Source of the DNA: Felis catus
Taxonomy: Eukaryota
Direction of reading: 5' to 3'
Length of the DNA stretch: 64,000 bases
NCBI RefSeq assembly: GCF_018350175.1
Contig: NC_058368.1
Coordinates: forward strand, 12,772,001 to 12,836,000
The notes below the pieces were generated by a model. It searched no databases. It had not been told where the DNA came from and saw only the letters and a program-made list of their open reading frames with translations. Position 1 is the stretch's first letter. The number at the start of each line of letters is the position of its first letter. The position numbers were made by a program, and so were the translations under genes. This document shows positions 12,131-25,699 of this stretch, piece by piece.

Positions 12131-13247
12131 CTTAATTTCTCTTTCTGATAGTCCATTGTTAGAATATAGAAATGTAACTGATTTTTGCATATTGATTTTG
12201 TATCCTGCAACTTTACTGAATTTGTTTATTAGTTCTAACAGTTTTTATTTGTTTTTGGGAGAGTGTTTAGAATTTTCTATATAAAAGATCATGTCATTTG
12301 CAAACATTACTTTTTACTTTCCAATTTGGATGCCTTTTTATGTTTTTATTTTTTCTTGTCTGATTGCTCTGGCTAGGACCTCCAGTAATATGTTGAATAA
12401 AAGTGGTTAGAGTGGGCATTTTGTCTTGCTCCTGATCTTTGAAGAAAACCTTGCAGCTTTCCACTGCAGAGTATGATGTTAAGCTGTGGGCTTGTCATAC
12501 ACGGACTTAATTGTGTTGAAGTATGTTCCATCTGTACCCAGTTAGTTGAGAGTTTTTATTACAAAAAAGATGTTGAATTTTTCCAAATAACTTTTATGCA
12601 TCTATTGAGATGATCATATGATTTTTATCCTTCATTTTGTCAATGAAGGATATTTATTATTTTGCATGTATTGTAACATCCTTGCATCCCAGGGATAAAT
12701 CCCATTTGATCATGGTGTATGATCCTTTTCACATACTGTTGAGTTTAGTTTGCTAATATTTGGTGGAGGAGTTTTGCTTCTATGTTCATCAAAGATACTG
12801 GTCCCTAATTTTCTTTTCATGTAGTGTCTGTGACCAGCTTTGGGATGAGATAATGCTAGCCTTGTAAAATGAGTTTGGAAGTATTACTTCCTCTCCTAAT
12901 TTTTAGATGAGTTTGAGAAGAATTTGTATTAACCCTTTAAATGTTTGGCAAAATTCACTATTGAAGACATCTCGTCCTGGACTTTTCTTTGTTGAGAAGT
13001 TTTTGATTACTAATTCAATCTCTTATTCATTATTGGACTGTTCAGATTTTCTATTTCTTCATGATTCAGTCTTGGTAAGTTGTATGCTTCCAGGAATCTA
13101 TTCATTTCTTATAGGTTATCTAATTTGTTATAAAGAGTATATAATTGTAGATAGTAGTTTCTTATAATACTTAGTACTTCTGAGTTATTAATGTTTCCTC
13201 TTGCATTTCTGATTTTATGTTTCTAAGTCTTCCTTTTTCTAAGTTAG

Positions 13248-13295
13248 CGTTAAAAGTTTAGAAAGCTACACCATGGTATTGCTGCACTGTCATGA

Positions 13296-13339
<44 letters not shown>

Positions 13340-13885
13340 TGGCCAAGTGCACTGCAGCGGTCTTAAAACTGACATTAGGCTCTTAAAAGTGAAGCTGGGG
13401 CTGTTTGTTTTGCCCCAGATAACAGTTCACAGAGTCACAAATGGGGGGGGGGGCTTCTGATATGACTCCACCAATGGCCCTTGTGATACAGAATTCCCCT
13501 ACCTCACAAGCCCTTCCCCTATCATGCCCCTTAAATTATACATTTATTATCTTGTGATTATCCTTGAGATAAGATCCCCTACAAAGTTTTCCAAAACCCC
13601 ACTTGTTTTTTGTATGAATTGGGCAATATGGCCTCATATCAAGAATCCCAAAGCACTCCACCCACCCTCAGACTCTCATAAAGGCACGTGTCCAAGTAGT
13701 GCCACTCCCTCTGCATGCAACTGCCTTGACCTCCCTGTGGGCCCCCAGAGGCATGCCCTGTACTTCCTTCAGAAGCTCTGAGCAAGGAACTTCTCTATTT
13801 GAACTCCTTTGTGGTCTTTTGTTGACCCAGGTTCAGCATCCAGCATCCAAGGGCTCTACTTAGCAAATGTTAGTTTTAAGTCACA
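13248..13885 (+). mobile_element. Solo ERV LTR (probably ERV1 class) inserted in L1
   Basis: Non-L1 638-bp block; CG(TG-derived)...CA ends, ~4-bp flanks TTAG/ATAG, TATA-like CATAAAG at ~13677; L1 resumes on both sides. Confidence 0.65.
13297..13338. repeat. (GTT)n microsatellite
   Basis: Read directly. Confidence 0.97.
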
Positions 13886-15427
13886 ATAGTTCATCTAGCT
13901 TAAAGATTTGTCATTTTTATCTTTTCAAAAATCAGCTCTGAGTTTTACTGATATTTTCTATTGTTTTTTTGGGGGGGGTATCTATTTAATTTATATATGC
14001 TCTGATCTTCATTTCCTTCCTTCTGCTAACTTTGAGCTTAGTGTGTTCTTTTTCTAGTACATTGAGGTAGTTAGGTTGTTTGAGATCTTTCTTTTTTTCT
14101 TAATGTAGGTAGGCATTTATCAGTATAAATTTCCCTCTTAGAACTGCTTTTGCCACATCCCTAAGTCTTTGTATGTTGTGTTTGCATTTTCATTTCTCTC
14201 AAGATTTTTTTTTAACTTCTCTTTGGAATTATTCCTTGACCCATTGGTTGTTCAAGAGTGTATCTGTGTATTTTCCAGTTTTCTTCTTGTAATTGATTTC
14301 TTGTAATAGTTCAAGATTACAAGAATAGTTGATTCTTCTTATAATAGTTTTACATGATTATGGTTGGAAAAGATATATGGTATGATTTTAGCCTTCTTAA
14401 GTTTATTAAGATTTGTTTGGTAACCTAACATATATATTTACCTTTACCAGTGTTCTGTGTATTTTCATGTTTTCACATTACTAATTAGTCCCCTTCCATT
14501 TCAACTTGAGGAATTCCCTTTAACAGTTTCTCATAAGGATGATCCAGTGCTGATGACTTCTTTCAGCTTTTCTTTGGAAAAGTCTTTATCTCTTCTTCAA
14601 TTCTGAAGGATGACTTTTCCAGGCAGTTTTCTTTCTTTCAGAACTTTGAATATGTCATCCCTCTCCCTTTTGGCCTGTAAAATTTCTGCTGAAAAAACTG
14701 CTGATATTCTTATGGAGGTTCCCCTTATACATAATAAAATGCTGTTTAAATAATAATAATCTTGATGCTTTTAAGATTTTCTCACTGTCTTCCACTTTTG
14801 ACAATTTAGTTATAATCGTTTCAGTGTGAGTCTCTTTAGATTCATCTTTTTAGGTACTCTTTGGGCTTCTTAATCTGGATGTCTGTTTCGTTCTTTATAT
14901 TAGAGAAGTTTTTAATTTATTTTATTTTTTGTTTATATATTTTTATTTTATATTTATTTTATTTTATTCTTTGAAAAACTCCTTTTTCAAAGAATAAATA
15001 TCTCCTTTCTCTTTCTCTTCTCCTTCTGGGACTCCTATAATGTGTATATTATTCTGTTCAATGTTGTTCCATAAGACCTTCAAGCTGTCTTCACTCTTCT
15101 TCATTCTGTTTTCTTTTGGCTTCTCTGATTGAATGAATTCCACTGCCCTGACTTTGAGTTCATTGATCCTTTCTTCTGCTTGATCTAGTTTACTCCTGAA
15201 CTTCTCTACTGAATTTTTCAGTCCAGTTATTTTTCTTTAGTTCCATATCTGTTAGGACTTTTTAGTACTTTCTCTTTGCTGAAATTCTTACTTTGCACAT
15301 TTATTGCTCTCCTGACCTTGCTGAGCATCTTTATGACTGTTATTTTAAACTTGCTATCAGATAAACCACTTATCTCCATTTCATTAAGATCTGTTTCTGG
15401 AGATTTATCTTATTCTTTTTAAAAACA

Positions 15428-15617
15428 ATTTTAGGTTTATTTATTTTGAGAGAGAGAGAGAGAGCAGGGGAGGGGCAGAAAGAGAGAGAGAGGGAAAGGG
15501 GTAGAATTCTATGCACTAACAGTGCAGAGCCCAACGTGGGACTCAAACTCACAAACCGTGAGATCATGACCTGAGCTAAAATCAGATGCTTAACCAACTG
15601 AGCCACCCAGGTGTGCC
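15428..15617 (-). mobile_element. Can-SINE in L1
   Basis: TSD TATCTTATTCTTTTTAAAAACA / TATCTTGCTCTTTTTAAAAACA. Confidence 0.93.
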
Positions 15618-16466
15618 TATCTTGCTCTTTTTAAAAACATATTCCCATTTATTCATTTTCCTTGACTCCATGTGTTGGTTTCTGTGTATAAAACAGTCAC
15701 CTCTCTCAGTCTTGATAGACTGGTCTCATGTAGGAGTTGATCCTCATCAATCTGCCTAACATGAGCTTCTGGTTGCCTCTCAAACCTTTGTGATTGTACA
15801 TTCCACTGTCTTTGTTCTTAGTGTTTCCCAGTAGTTGAGGGTGTAATAAGACCCATCAGTGTCTCAAAGATCAGGATCACAGTCATCATCTAGATATAGG
15901 TTGTTTAGAAGCTGGACCCTTAGGCAACTGCTCAAAAAAATATGCAGTTGAACCCCTTCCAGGGAGAAACCAGGATACCGGTGATTTTTTTCTGTCCCTC
16001 TGTGCTAAGGCCAGGTGTATTGCTATGGGAGTTGCTCCTACACCTGTTTAAAAACTGCTTCTTTGTTTTCTGCAGACCCGTGAGATTCAAGAATACAAGC
16101 CCTGTTGACTATCAGAGCTAGGTGATTTAGGGACCCATCCCTCAGATGGTAGACATAAAGGTTTGGGCACTAGATGCGTGGTCATTCTCCTTCCAAAGGG
16201 ATACTGACAACTTGGTGTTACTATTGGAGAGATAAGGTGGGGAAGTGTCCATCAGCTCTTTGGTGCTTTGGGGAGGATCACAGTGAGCACCTAAATGCAT
16301 GCTAATTAGAGACCAGACACTCAAGCAGTAGCTTGTAACATATGAAGTCAAAATCCTCCCTAGGGAAGACTAAGAGATGGACATTTTTGCCTGCTCTCTC
16401 TGCATTGGGCCCAAGAAGGAGAACCACAGTGAGAGCTTGCATACCCATTAAAAACTGCTTCTTTGA

Positions 16467-17516
16467 TGTAAATCATGTCTATAACAGAGGTTCATAGGCA
16501 AAATATACAAAGAACCCATACAACTCAATGGCAAAAAACACAAAGAATCTCATTTAAAAAAATGGGCAGAGGAAGTGAATAGACATGTTTCCAAAGAAGA
16601 CATACAACTGGCCAACGGGTATGTGAAAAGGTGCACTAATCACCAGAGAAATATAAATCAAATCACAATGAGCTATTACTTCATACCTGTCAGGGTGTCT
16701 GCTTATGAACAAGATAAGAGATAACAACTGTTGGCAAGGATGTGGAGAAAACAGAACTCTTATGTATTGTTGACAGGACTGCAAATTGGTGCAGCCACTC
16801 TGGAAAACATGGGTAGGTTCATCAAGAAATTAAAAATAGAACTACCATATGATTAAGCAATTCTCTTTCTGGGTATATATTTGAAGGAAACAAAATTACT
16901 ACCTCGGAAAAAGAAATCTGTTCCTCCATGTTCACTACAGCATTATTTACAATAGTGAAGACATTGATGAAGATGAATGGATGCAGAAATTTTATATATA
17001 AATATTGATATAAAAATATATAATTATAATATAATATATCTAATATATGTGTGATATATATCTGACATAATTATCTGCTATATTATCTGATATGTGTGTG
17101 TATATACACACACATACATATATATCAGGCATAAAAGAAGGAAGTCCTGCCATTTGCAACAACATGGATGGACCTTAAGAATATTATGCTAAGTGAAATA
17201 AGTCAGACAGAGAAAGACAAATACCAGATGATCTCACTTATATGTAGAACCTAGAGACACCCAAACTCACAGATACAGAAAACAGCTTTGTGGTTGCTAG
17301 AGCTGTGGTTGGGGTGGGGTAAATGAAGGTAGGAAAAGTGAAGGCAGGCAAAATGGGTGAAAGTGGTCAAAATGTATAAATTTCCAGCTGTAAGATAAAT
17401 AAGCCTGGGAATGTAATGTACAGCATGGTGACTAAAGTTGTATTGGGCTCCATGCTGAGAGCATGAGGCCTGCTTGAGATTCTCTCTCCCTCTCTCTCTG
17501 CCCCTACCCCGCTCAT

Positions 17517-17558
<42 letters not shown>

Positions 17559-17757
17559 AAGTAAATAAACTTAAAACAAAACAAAACACAGTTCTCATTA
17601 TAAGAAAATTTAAATGTATGTGAGGTGGTAGATGTTAACTAACCTTATTGTGGTAATCATTTCATAATATATACATATATCAAATGATCTTGTTGTACAT
17701 CTAAAAGTAATACGATGTTCTATGTCAATTGTATCTTAATAAAACTGGTGGTGAGGG
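16467..17757 (+). mobile_element. 5'-truncated L1 (ORF2 end plus 3' UTR) inserted in the 5' UTR of the older L1
   Basis: Sense ORF2 end and 3' UTR ending TGTATCTTAATAAAACTGG; approximate TSD AAAACTGCTTCTTTG / AAATCACTTCTTTG. Confidence 0.88.
17441..17590 (+). mobile_element. 5'-truncated Can-SINE
   Basis: Starts mid-body (GGGCTCCATGCTG), (CT)n, A-rich tail, no TSD. Confidence 0.85.
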
Positions 17758-18479
17758 GAAATCACTTCTTTGCTGTAGTTTTGTAATACTTGTGAACAAA
17801 AGCCCTGTTGGCTTTCAGAGCTAACTGTTTGGGGTCCCCATCCCTCAGAGAGAGCCTTAAAAGTTGGGGTGCTATATGTGTGATCCAAACACTTTGCTCC
17901 TCAAGGAGTTGGGAATTGGAGGTTCCCTCCCAACTGAATGATACTGTATCAGGGGTGGGGTATATAGTGAAGGTGTGTCTCAGCCTTCCTACTCATTTCA
18001 GTGTGGTCATTTCCTCATTCACCCAATGTGGAGGAGTTACTCAACTTGTTTCTGGATTTATCTCCAAGGGCATTGCTCCTTGTGTAGTTACACATTCAGT
18101 GCCTCCATGGGAGGAGGGAGGTTCAGGGGCCCTCTTATATTGCCATGTTGGCTCCTCTCCATGTACTTTTAGATCTGTATTTTAAAATAATTATTCCCAA
18201 CCTGGGGGTAGAGTGTGACCATTGGGGGACAGGGATAGCAGGAATAGGGTGGGAGAGGTAAACAGGCAGTCAGAATTACTAGCTCAGAAGCATTTCTAAA
18301 GTAAACATGTCAGGGTACCATCTTTAACTGGCTAAATCTGTTTGGTGGGGGATGGCAATAAGGAAAATGAAGGGATGCATTTTGACAAGGGCTCTCTTGC
18401 TCTCTAGGTATGATGCTGACATGTTCCTCAATTGAGCTTAGAATCCTGCAAGAGGTCAAAAAATAAAATTCATTTAAAA

Positions 18480-18716
18480 AAAACCAAGAAAATTGTAAAA
18501 TAAAAATAAGCAGAGTAAAAAATAAGCAGATATATATGAAAAAGATCCATCTAGTCAAAGAGAGACTTAGTGAAATTCTTAAAAAGAGAATAGAATTGGC
18601 AGTTAAACAATCTTTAAAAGGAAAACAGCTGAGAATTTTCCAGAGACATTAGTTCTTATATTCAAGTTATATAAGGTTCCCAGGAGGATAAGTAAAAATA
18701 AATCCATACCTGACAT
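18480..18716 (+). mobile_element. Ancient L1 ORF1-region fragment
   Basis: A-rich; GCTGAGAATTTTCCAGA...AAATAAATCCATACCTGACAT motifs. Confidence 0.5.
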
Positions 18717-18847
18717 AAAATCTTGGGTTAAAATCTGGACTCTCTCTCCTACTAGATATGTCATATTTCAAGTTACTTGATTTCCCTAAGTGCCTATTTC
18801 TTTATTAAAGTAGTGATGGGACCTACCTTTGGCAGCTTTTTTAAAGG

Positions 18848-19390
18848 ATTACAAATTCTTTGACAAGAAAAGGTGGGGTCTATGTCCCTACTCTTGAATC
18901 TGAATAGGAAGTCTATGACTGAGTAGGAAGCCTATGACTACTTCCTCCAGTGGAGTATGGCAGAATCAGTGCTTTGTGATCCCTGAAGCTAAGTCATAAA
19001 AGGTCTTGCAGCTTCTGTCTGGTGCTCTTGGAATAGTTGTTCCTCCTTTTGGGACGCTACCTCTCAGAACCTTAGCTGCCATGTTCTGAGAAGCACACAT
19101 CACATCAGGAGCTATGTATGGGTGCCTCAGTCACTTCTCAGCTGAACTTGGGTTTTATGTCGTCCTAGGTCAGGTGCCAGACATGTGGGTGAAGAAACAT
19201 TTAGCTGATTTCAGTTCCCAGCTATTGAAGTCATGCCTAGCTGAGGCCTCAGGCTTTGTGAAAAACACCGACCCATGTTATGCCAGTTGGAACTCCCAGT
19301 CAAGAGTTCATGCACATAATAAAATGGTTGCTGTTTGATGCCCCTATTTGGGCATCATATTGTTAATGAAACAATAGAACACCAGAACAC
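18848..19390 (+). mobile_element. MaLR (MLT1) LTR inserted in a MIR
   Basis: ACAAATTCTTTGACA...GGTGGGGTCTATGTCCC start; AAAATGGTTGCTGTTT...ACCAGAACA end. Confidence 0.75.
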
Positions 19391-19421
19391 TACATTGCCG
19401 AGCAGTTGTGAAAGGACTGAC

Positions 19422-19423
<2 letters not shown>

Positions 19424-19452
<29 letters not shown>
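19424..19452. repeat. (TG)n microsatellite
   Basis: Read directly. Confidence 0.95.
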
Positions 19453-19454
<2 letters not shown>

Positions 19455-19564
19455 AAAACTACCTGACACACAATTGCATTGAATTAATACTGGTTTCAAG
19501 GTACATGAGGGACATCTACACAGATGTGTTGAACTGTAACAGTATTAGTGGTAGCGATACCCAT

Positions 19565-19802
19565 GAGCATTTGTGAGCACATCTGTACTCAGTACTGTTC
19601 TAAGTGCTTTACATACATTTAACTCATACAGTCCTCAAAATAATTCCACAAGGAAAGTACGATTAGTGTTGCCATTTTACCAAGGAGGACACTGAGTGCC
19701 ACAGAGAGGTCTCTCATACCATTTACACAGCCAGCAAGTCGATGGACTGCATTTCAAAACCAGGCAGTTTGATTGCAGGGCCCCTGCTTTTAGCCATGCT
19801 GT
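19565..19802 (-). mobile_element. MIR
   Basis: CTGTTCTAAGTGCTTTAC...CCATTTTACCAAGGAGGACACTGAG core. Confidence 0.75.
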
Positions 19803-22800
19803 CCTAAGAAAAGAGTGAGCTGAGCTGGAACTGATGAATGAGAGCCATGGACCACAAGCCTTGGGAGTAAATTTTCTCAGGAGTGGGTACAGAGTGAGAA
19901 GATAAGAGAGGTAAGTGTGGGCCCCGAGAAATCCCACTAGTGAAGGAAAGGGCTGAGAAGACAGAGGGAGAGTTGCTCCATGAGGGGAAGGGATGATGGC
20001 AGGAGTCCAGGGAGGGAGCAGCATTGGAAAGGAATTTGGAAATATATCCATCCTTCTCCTATGGGGCCCAGTCTTCAGGGGCAGGGAAAAGTACAATTAC
20101 CCCACCCAGGAGTTTGACTTGGATGTTAATAGCATAGAACTGAGCATAACTATAACTAAGCCCACAGCTAAAACATGAAACTCTGCTGACGTATCCAATT
20201 AACGTCTCTTCTTCTCATTAAGGGCTAAGACCCATTTTCCCAGGAGAGCTCTCAAAGTTTATTTGCAGCAAGGAGGGATCTAATTGTTTCTAAAAAGTGT
20301 AATCTTCCTGCTTAAAGCCCAAGACATGCCAGACACAGAAAAGCCAATTTGCTTACCTCTTGATCCCTCCAGAGTGATGACCCTAGAAAAGCTCTCTCTA
20401 ACACACCATGAGCTACACTGACAAGTTTACCATGCTGAGCCTCCACTTTGCTTATTCACACGCAGACTACCTCCAGAATTAGTCACCCAAACTGGGTCAT
20501 GTGGTTGGAAATAAAAAAATGGTATTCTCTTTTTATGTATATTATTAAGGATTGTGTCTGTGACCTGATTCCTTCATCTATAAAAGGGAGAGAATTCAGT
20601 GATGATGAGCTATAAATGGGGGATGAGGTTCTGAGCAGAATTTTGGCTGGGGACAGGAGAACAGAACTTACGACCCTGTACATGGCAAGCGCTTTATCAG
20701 TTCGGGGTGAGATTTCTGGGTTGGGGACTGCCAGAGGTTAGACGTGGGCAAGATATAATTTTAAAACACAAAATTATTTTTAAATGAAAGCAGGCTAAAC
20801 CTTCTCATTGCTTTTATGTTTCCTGTTTAAATATTGCCATCTAGCAGAATGATCATTCAGTTTAAACACGCTTTTCAGGGTCAATGACCTGACACCCCTA
20901 TGGTCTCCAACCTTCCCCCCCCCCGGATTGTCCTTTCTTCTCAGGCAGTCTCCTCCCCCAAATCCTTAAACTCCAAGCTTTTCTGTCTCCCTGAACATCT
21001 CATTTGTTATCACAAGAAGGTAGATTTTTGTCCACAGGCTGCCAGGGCAAAAGAAATACTTAGATCTCTTTTCAAGGCATAAGCTCAAATTTGCTCTGAG
21101 AGTTGTTGCTTTCACTCTCTTACATTCAATGACCTGTATGGGGGCTGCTCTCAAGTGTTTTCAAGATCCTGTGTTGGGGGGTATGGTTGAGGGTGTTGTA
21201 GTGTTCAGCAACTTGAGTTTTTACCCTTGTGTGGGCCAGTTCTTTCACTGCCCCAGGCCTGGATTTACTCGTCAACAAAACAAGATGGTAGCATTGACCT
21301 CACAAGGCCTTTGTAAGGATTTCACCTAATAATGGAAACCAACAGTCCAGCACAGTGCCTGGCAAAGAGAAGGCACTCAATCAATTGTAGCAATTCCTAA
21401 ATTCCTATTATCTGCCTTGTCCATTCTCATCTCTCTCTTCCTTTCTCAACCTTCCTCTCTCTTATCTCTTTCTTCCTGACATCAAAGGACAGATTCCTTC
21501 TCATTCTTTCTCCAAACAAATGAGCTATGTGTGGGTAAGTGGGAGAAGCTCTCTGAGAGAGTAAAATTGGGAACTTGAAGCAGCCCTTCTCATGACACTC
21601 CTACAGTGATGCCAGCTTAACTCAGTCCCAGGCAGAAGAGGTAGAGAGATTTTGTGAATTAATGTGACCCCTAGCTCTAGACCTGAAGGCATTCCCTCAT
21701 GGGTGTCCCATTTCTGTGATACACAGTCCCTCTGCTATTGAAGCAGCTCTAATAACCCCTACCTGTCTTCTGACTACAGAGCTAAGTGGATTTGGGGACC
21801 TTTCTCTCCATATTTGCCTTCATGGATTCAGGTTCACCAAGCAAACCCAGCTGACACTGGAGAAGCTATAGTGGGTTTTACATGTGGCTCATCAGTGCGT
21901 CTTCATGTGGCTGGCCATGAAGGCACAGAAGCCAAGAGGCAGGTTGCTAACATTACTTTTTCGTTTGCCTAATGAATCAAGAATAGGTGCACTGGCCTAG
22001 CCCTGGTAGGAAACCACATGGGGAGGCAGCAGCTCCCAGATATATAGAACTCTGAAAACCCATTGGAGGTCTTTAAACAATTTGGTCTCTCCTAAGGTGA
22101 CTTTAACACTCTTGTTCTTTTTCTATCACAGGGAGTGGTGATTAGGAACATGTGTCTGAAAATCCAAAGTCTACTTCCCACAGTTTTGAATTAAGAAAAT
22201 TAGAAAACTATGGGTACCTTTGATTCTTCCGTTGGGATGGTCACAACCCCACCCGGCAATTTCTGAAATCTGGTGTTATGATATCTGATACTAGTTCTCA
22301 CTTTCAACGTTATAGCCGAGTCAGTTAAAAATGTGTCTTTTTATTCTAAGCATTATATGTCCCACATGTTCTACAGAGTTTGCTGTCTAGGTAAATTCCA
22401 TTTTATCTAAACCTATCAGGCACTGGTATAATCAGCCTCAGACATATCAATGCATTGATTTTTCTGTTCAAGTTCTTTTTTTGGCTTATAATTTTCAGGT
22501 AGGACTAACTTCCTCAAAGACATGTCTTTCTCTTATTCAGTTCATTGTACTTGAGATTTAACACAGGGGGAAAATGATTTTTTTGATATCTTTGTCTGAA
22601 ATGTAACTGACAGCAGACCCTTTTAATATAATATAATTCATTCCCACAAAAAGATGCTCGTCATGTGCGAGGGTATCATGCATTCAGGTTGAAGAAGTAT
22701 GAACTTTGAGCTGTGCTGACCCATTTCACAGTATCCTCTGATGACCAAAAGTAAGCATTTGTAAGATATTCAGCTTGACCAAGGGTGCAGGAAGGGAGCC

Positions 22801-23013
22801 AAGGCAACAGGCCCATGGGGAATCAAACTCAGCACCCCTCAAACACTATGGGCTCACCCACTGAGCATGTGTGTTCTTGCCAAGAGCAAAGCTTTAGGTG
22901 ATTTCTCTATACGTGTCCTGCGTCCAACCCCAAGTCACTTTTTCTGCTGAGCTGTATTTCTTCCGCACTTTGTATGTCAGCTCTGAACCCAGGCACTCCC
23001 TGCTCTCACTCAC

Positions 23014-23180
23014 CCTTGCCTAATCTAGGAGCCAATTGCCTTGGTTCCATTTGCCAGCCACAAACACTTCAGTGAAGTGAGCACTGCTGGGCATTCTGCG
23101 TGAGCAAGACCAGACCGTGACACTTGAAGAGGAACTTGTGTTACTGCTCAAGCAAAACAACCTTTCCAGGCTTTTAAATC
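23014..23180 (-). promoter_or_regulatory. Candidate alternative first exon with TATA-like box
   Basis: Minus donor AGG|GTGAGT at 23014/23013; ATTTAAAAG at 23171-23179; ATG frame MEPRQLAPRLGK open to the donor (phase 1). Confidence 0.35.
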
Positions 23181-23310
23181 CAGCTCCTGCCCTATTTTCA
23201 GTCCATTTGGTAAGAAAAGAAAACCATATAATCACAGAATTAAAATTCTAGAATCACTGTGCTGTTGGAGCCCCATATAATCCTGATTATTTAACCTAAC
23301 CTCTGTTTCT

Positions 23311-23587
23311 TTCTTTCTTTTTTTTTTAAATATAATTTATTGTCAAGTTAGCTAACATACAGTGTATACAGTGTGCTCTTGGTTTTGGGGGGAGATTCCC
23401 ATGATTCATCACTTGCATACAATATCCAGTGTTCATCCCAAGTGCCCTCCTCAATGCTGATCACCTATTTTCCCCTCTCCCCACCCCCCATCAACCCTCA
23501 GTTTTTTCTCTGCATTTAAGAGTCTCTTATGGTTTGCCTCCCTCTCAGTTTGAAACTATTTTTTCCCCTTCCCTTCCCCCATGGTCT
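23311..23587 (-). mobile_element. Short 5'-truncated carnivore/felid L1 3' UTR
   Basis: Poly-T plus TTTATTGTCAAGTTAGCTAACATACAGTG 3' end; TSD TCTGTTTCT at 23302-23310 and 23588-23596. Confidence 0.88.
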
Positions 23588-23744
23588 TCTGTTTCTATGT
23601 GGTTGGACACAAGTATACCAACCCCAAAAAGATGAGGTTCTATCCTATTTTAAAAGGCTCCCATGTGGAAGAGAGATAGGAAATCTCTCTAGTTTCCCTG
23701 CAATTATACTGGGAATTTTAAATTGCCCTAAAAAAAAAATAAAG

Positions 23745-23748
<4 letters not shown>

Positions 23749-23788
<40 letters not shown>
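23749..23788. repeat. (CA)n microsatellite
   Basis: Read directly. Confidence 0.97.
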
Positions 23789-23790
<2 letters not shown>

Positions 23791-23959
23791 CAGGTGACCA
23801 ATGTGGTGACTAGAATGGAGGAAATAGAAGAAGCCTCCTAGACAATAAAGGCAAAGAAGTAACAAGGGGAGAAAGGTCTCTTAGGATAGGAGTTTCCTTG
23901 TCTGTCATGTGACAGACACATTTTATGTTTGCTGGGTTGAACCTTAATCTCCTCTTTAT

Positions 23960-24250
23960 CTAACTTTGACTCATTTATCAGATCTCAATATAAACATAAA
24001 TTCCTAAGGGAAACCTCTTGATCCCCATGTAGATTAATACCCAAGTCATACACTCACTGTGTCCTATACTCCTTCATAACACTTAACATGAACACAGTAA
24101 GATACTTTTCAGACTATTTGCTTGATGCCCGTCCTCCCCCAAGTACAGATGAGCTCCAAAAGGCCAGAGCTAGCTGTCTCTCATTTTCACCCCTGCATGC
24201 CAATGCCTAGTGCAAGGCACATTTTAGGCACTGAAAAAGTCCTTGTCCAA
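23960..24250 (+). mobile_element. L2 3' fragment
   Basis: TCAGATCTCAATATAAAC...GATGAGCTCC...TGCCTAGTGCA. Confidence 0.55.
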
Positions 24251-25699
24251 AGAACATGGGGTCCAACAGACAGCAGAGAAAGAAAGTATGGCTATTAGCT
24301 ATGGCTTCAGCTGGTTCTTGTGCTAGGATATTAGCAATCAGCTTCTCTGTCCCCTTTCTCAGGAAGATACCCGGCCCTAAATAAGTATGTCAATAAAATC
24401 AGTACTTAATTCTTGTCACAAAGGGTTCTCTCTGTGTGAGTGACTCCATCTCAGGCTATGCTTCTCGGACAAAAGATGCCTCTGCAGTGGCCCATGTCCC
24501 ACAGAAAAGAGAAGCCCAGTGTGTAGTAACCAATTCATGACATTGGAGACCCAGGAACCAGAGGATGAAGTAGCCATTTTAGATCAGTTTGTTGGCTCAC
24601 TTCCAACTTTTATAAACCTAGATATGCCCTTAAGGCTTTCTCCCATTAAACTCTGCCTGATGCAATATTTGACAATAGTTACTAAAAATCTTTGCAGTTC
24701 AAGAACCTCTAATTATAGAGTCCTTAGATCAAAGAGACATCTTGTTGGTATTTTTTTTTATAGCATTTCTAGAGCCATGTCTAGAAAGCCAAGTTTCTTG
24801 TGTTATTCTGAACCACATATATTTGAGAACAATTTCAGGAATGTCTTGTTAAAGCCTGACACAGACAGATTCATGATATATAGAGTTTTCCTTTTTTGCA
24901 CTGGTTGTTTCAAAAATCTGAGTAAGATGTTTTAGATTTAGCAGTCAATTGCTATGATAACATTTAATCTGATGATTCTACAAATTGCAGTCAACTATGC
25001 AATATTGTTTGTTTCCATGCTCAGAAACTCAGTCTGTGTTCCGAAGTGTACTTTACAACTTATTCTAGAGGGTTTTTTTTTATTGTTATTATATTTGGTT
25101 TTGGTTCTGTAAGTTTTGCAAAAGCCTCTGGCCAAGAATGATTTCGACCATGACATTTTCAGCCTGGAAAGACTATAGTTGCTTTTCTTGAGGATGAAAA
25201 GTAACTTTGTTCTCTATTCAGAAGGATTTAGGAGACTATTAAAAATTCACCAGGCTTTATGGTATCTCTTTTATTTCCTCTGTATTTCTATGGTCTCACC
25301 TTCAGAGAGAGCAAATTCACATCATTTCATAAGATGAAGAAACTCATCTTCGATGTGAAAAATTATTGCCATCCTAATATTTTCTACCATATTACCTTTT
25401 CCACGGAGACGTTCAGGGGCAGGCATGAAAGATGTGGATTTGCAGTATGAAAAAGGGGTATGGCCACATGTAAACCATGTGACATCTCCCAGCCACAAAA
25501 AGAACAACGAAAATTTTAGTCACATGCACACTTAAATCTGTTTGTTTCCTAGGGGGCAGTGGGGGGGGGGGGGACAGTTCCTCTCCTCTGTGGCTCTGGA
25601 AGTACTGGGTGTATCTCTGCTTTGAAATGGCTATAGTCTATCTCTTCTGAAAAGCTGGATACCAAGTCTCATTTATTGTGTACAAGATAGAAATAAGAG

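Larger units (their letters stand above)
9900..18160 (-). mobile_element. Large decayed L1 (5' UTR to late ORF2, internally deleted, no 3' end) carrying nested insertions
   Basis: Antisense ORF2-type sequence 9900-14430, ORF1-type ~14500-15400, 5' UTR to an L1 start (minus strand GGAGAGGAGCCAACATGGC) at ~18160; no long ORF remains. Confidence 0.9.

Noticed and set aside
24519..24935. 138-aa plus ORF
   Set aside because: Called from a GTG start; no homology or exon boundaries
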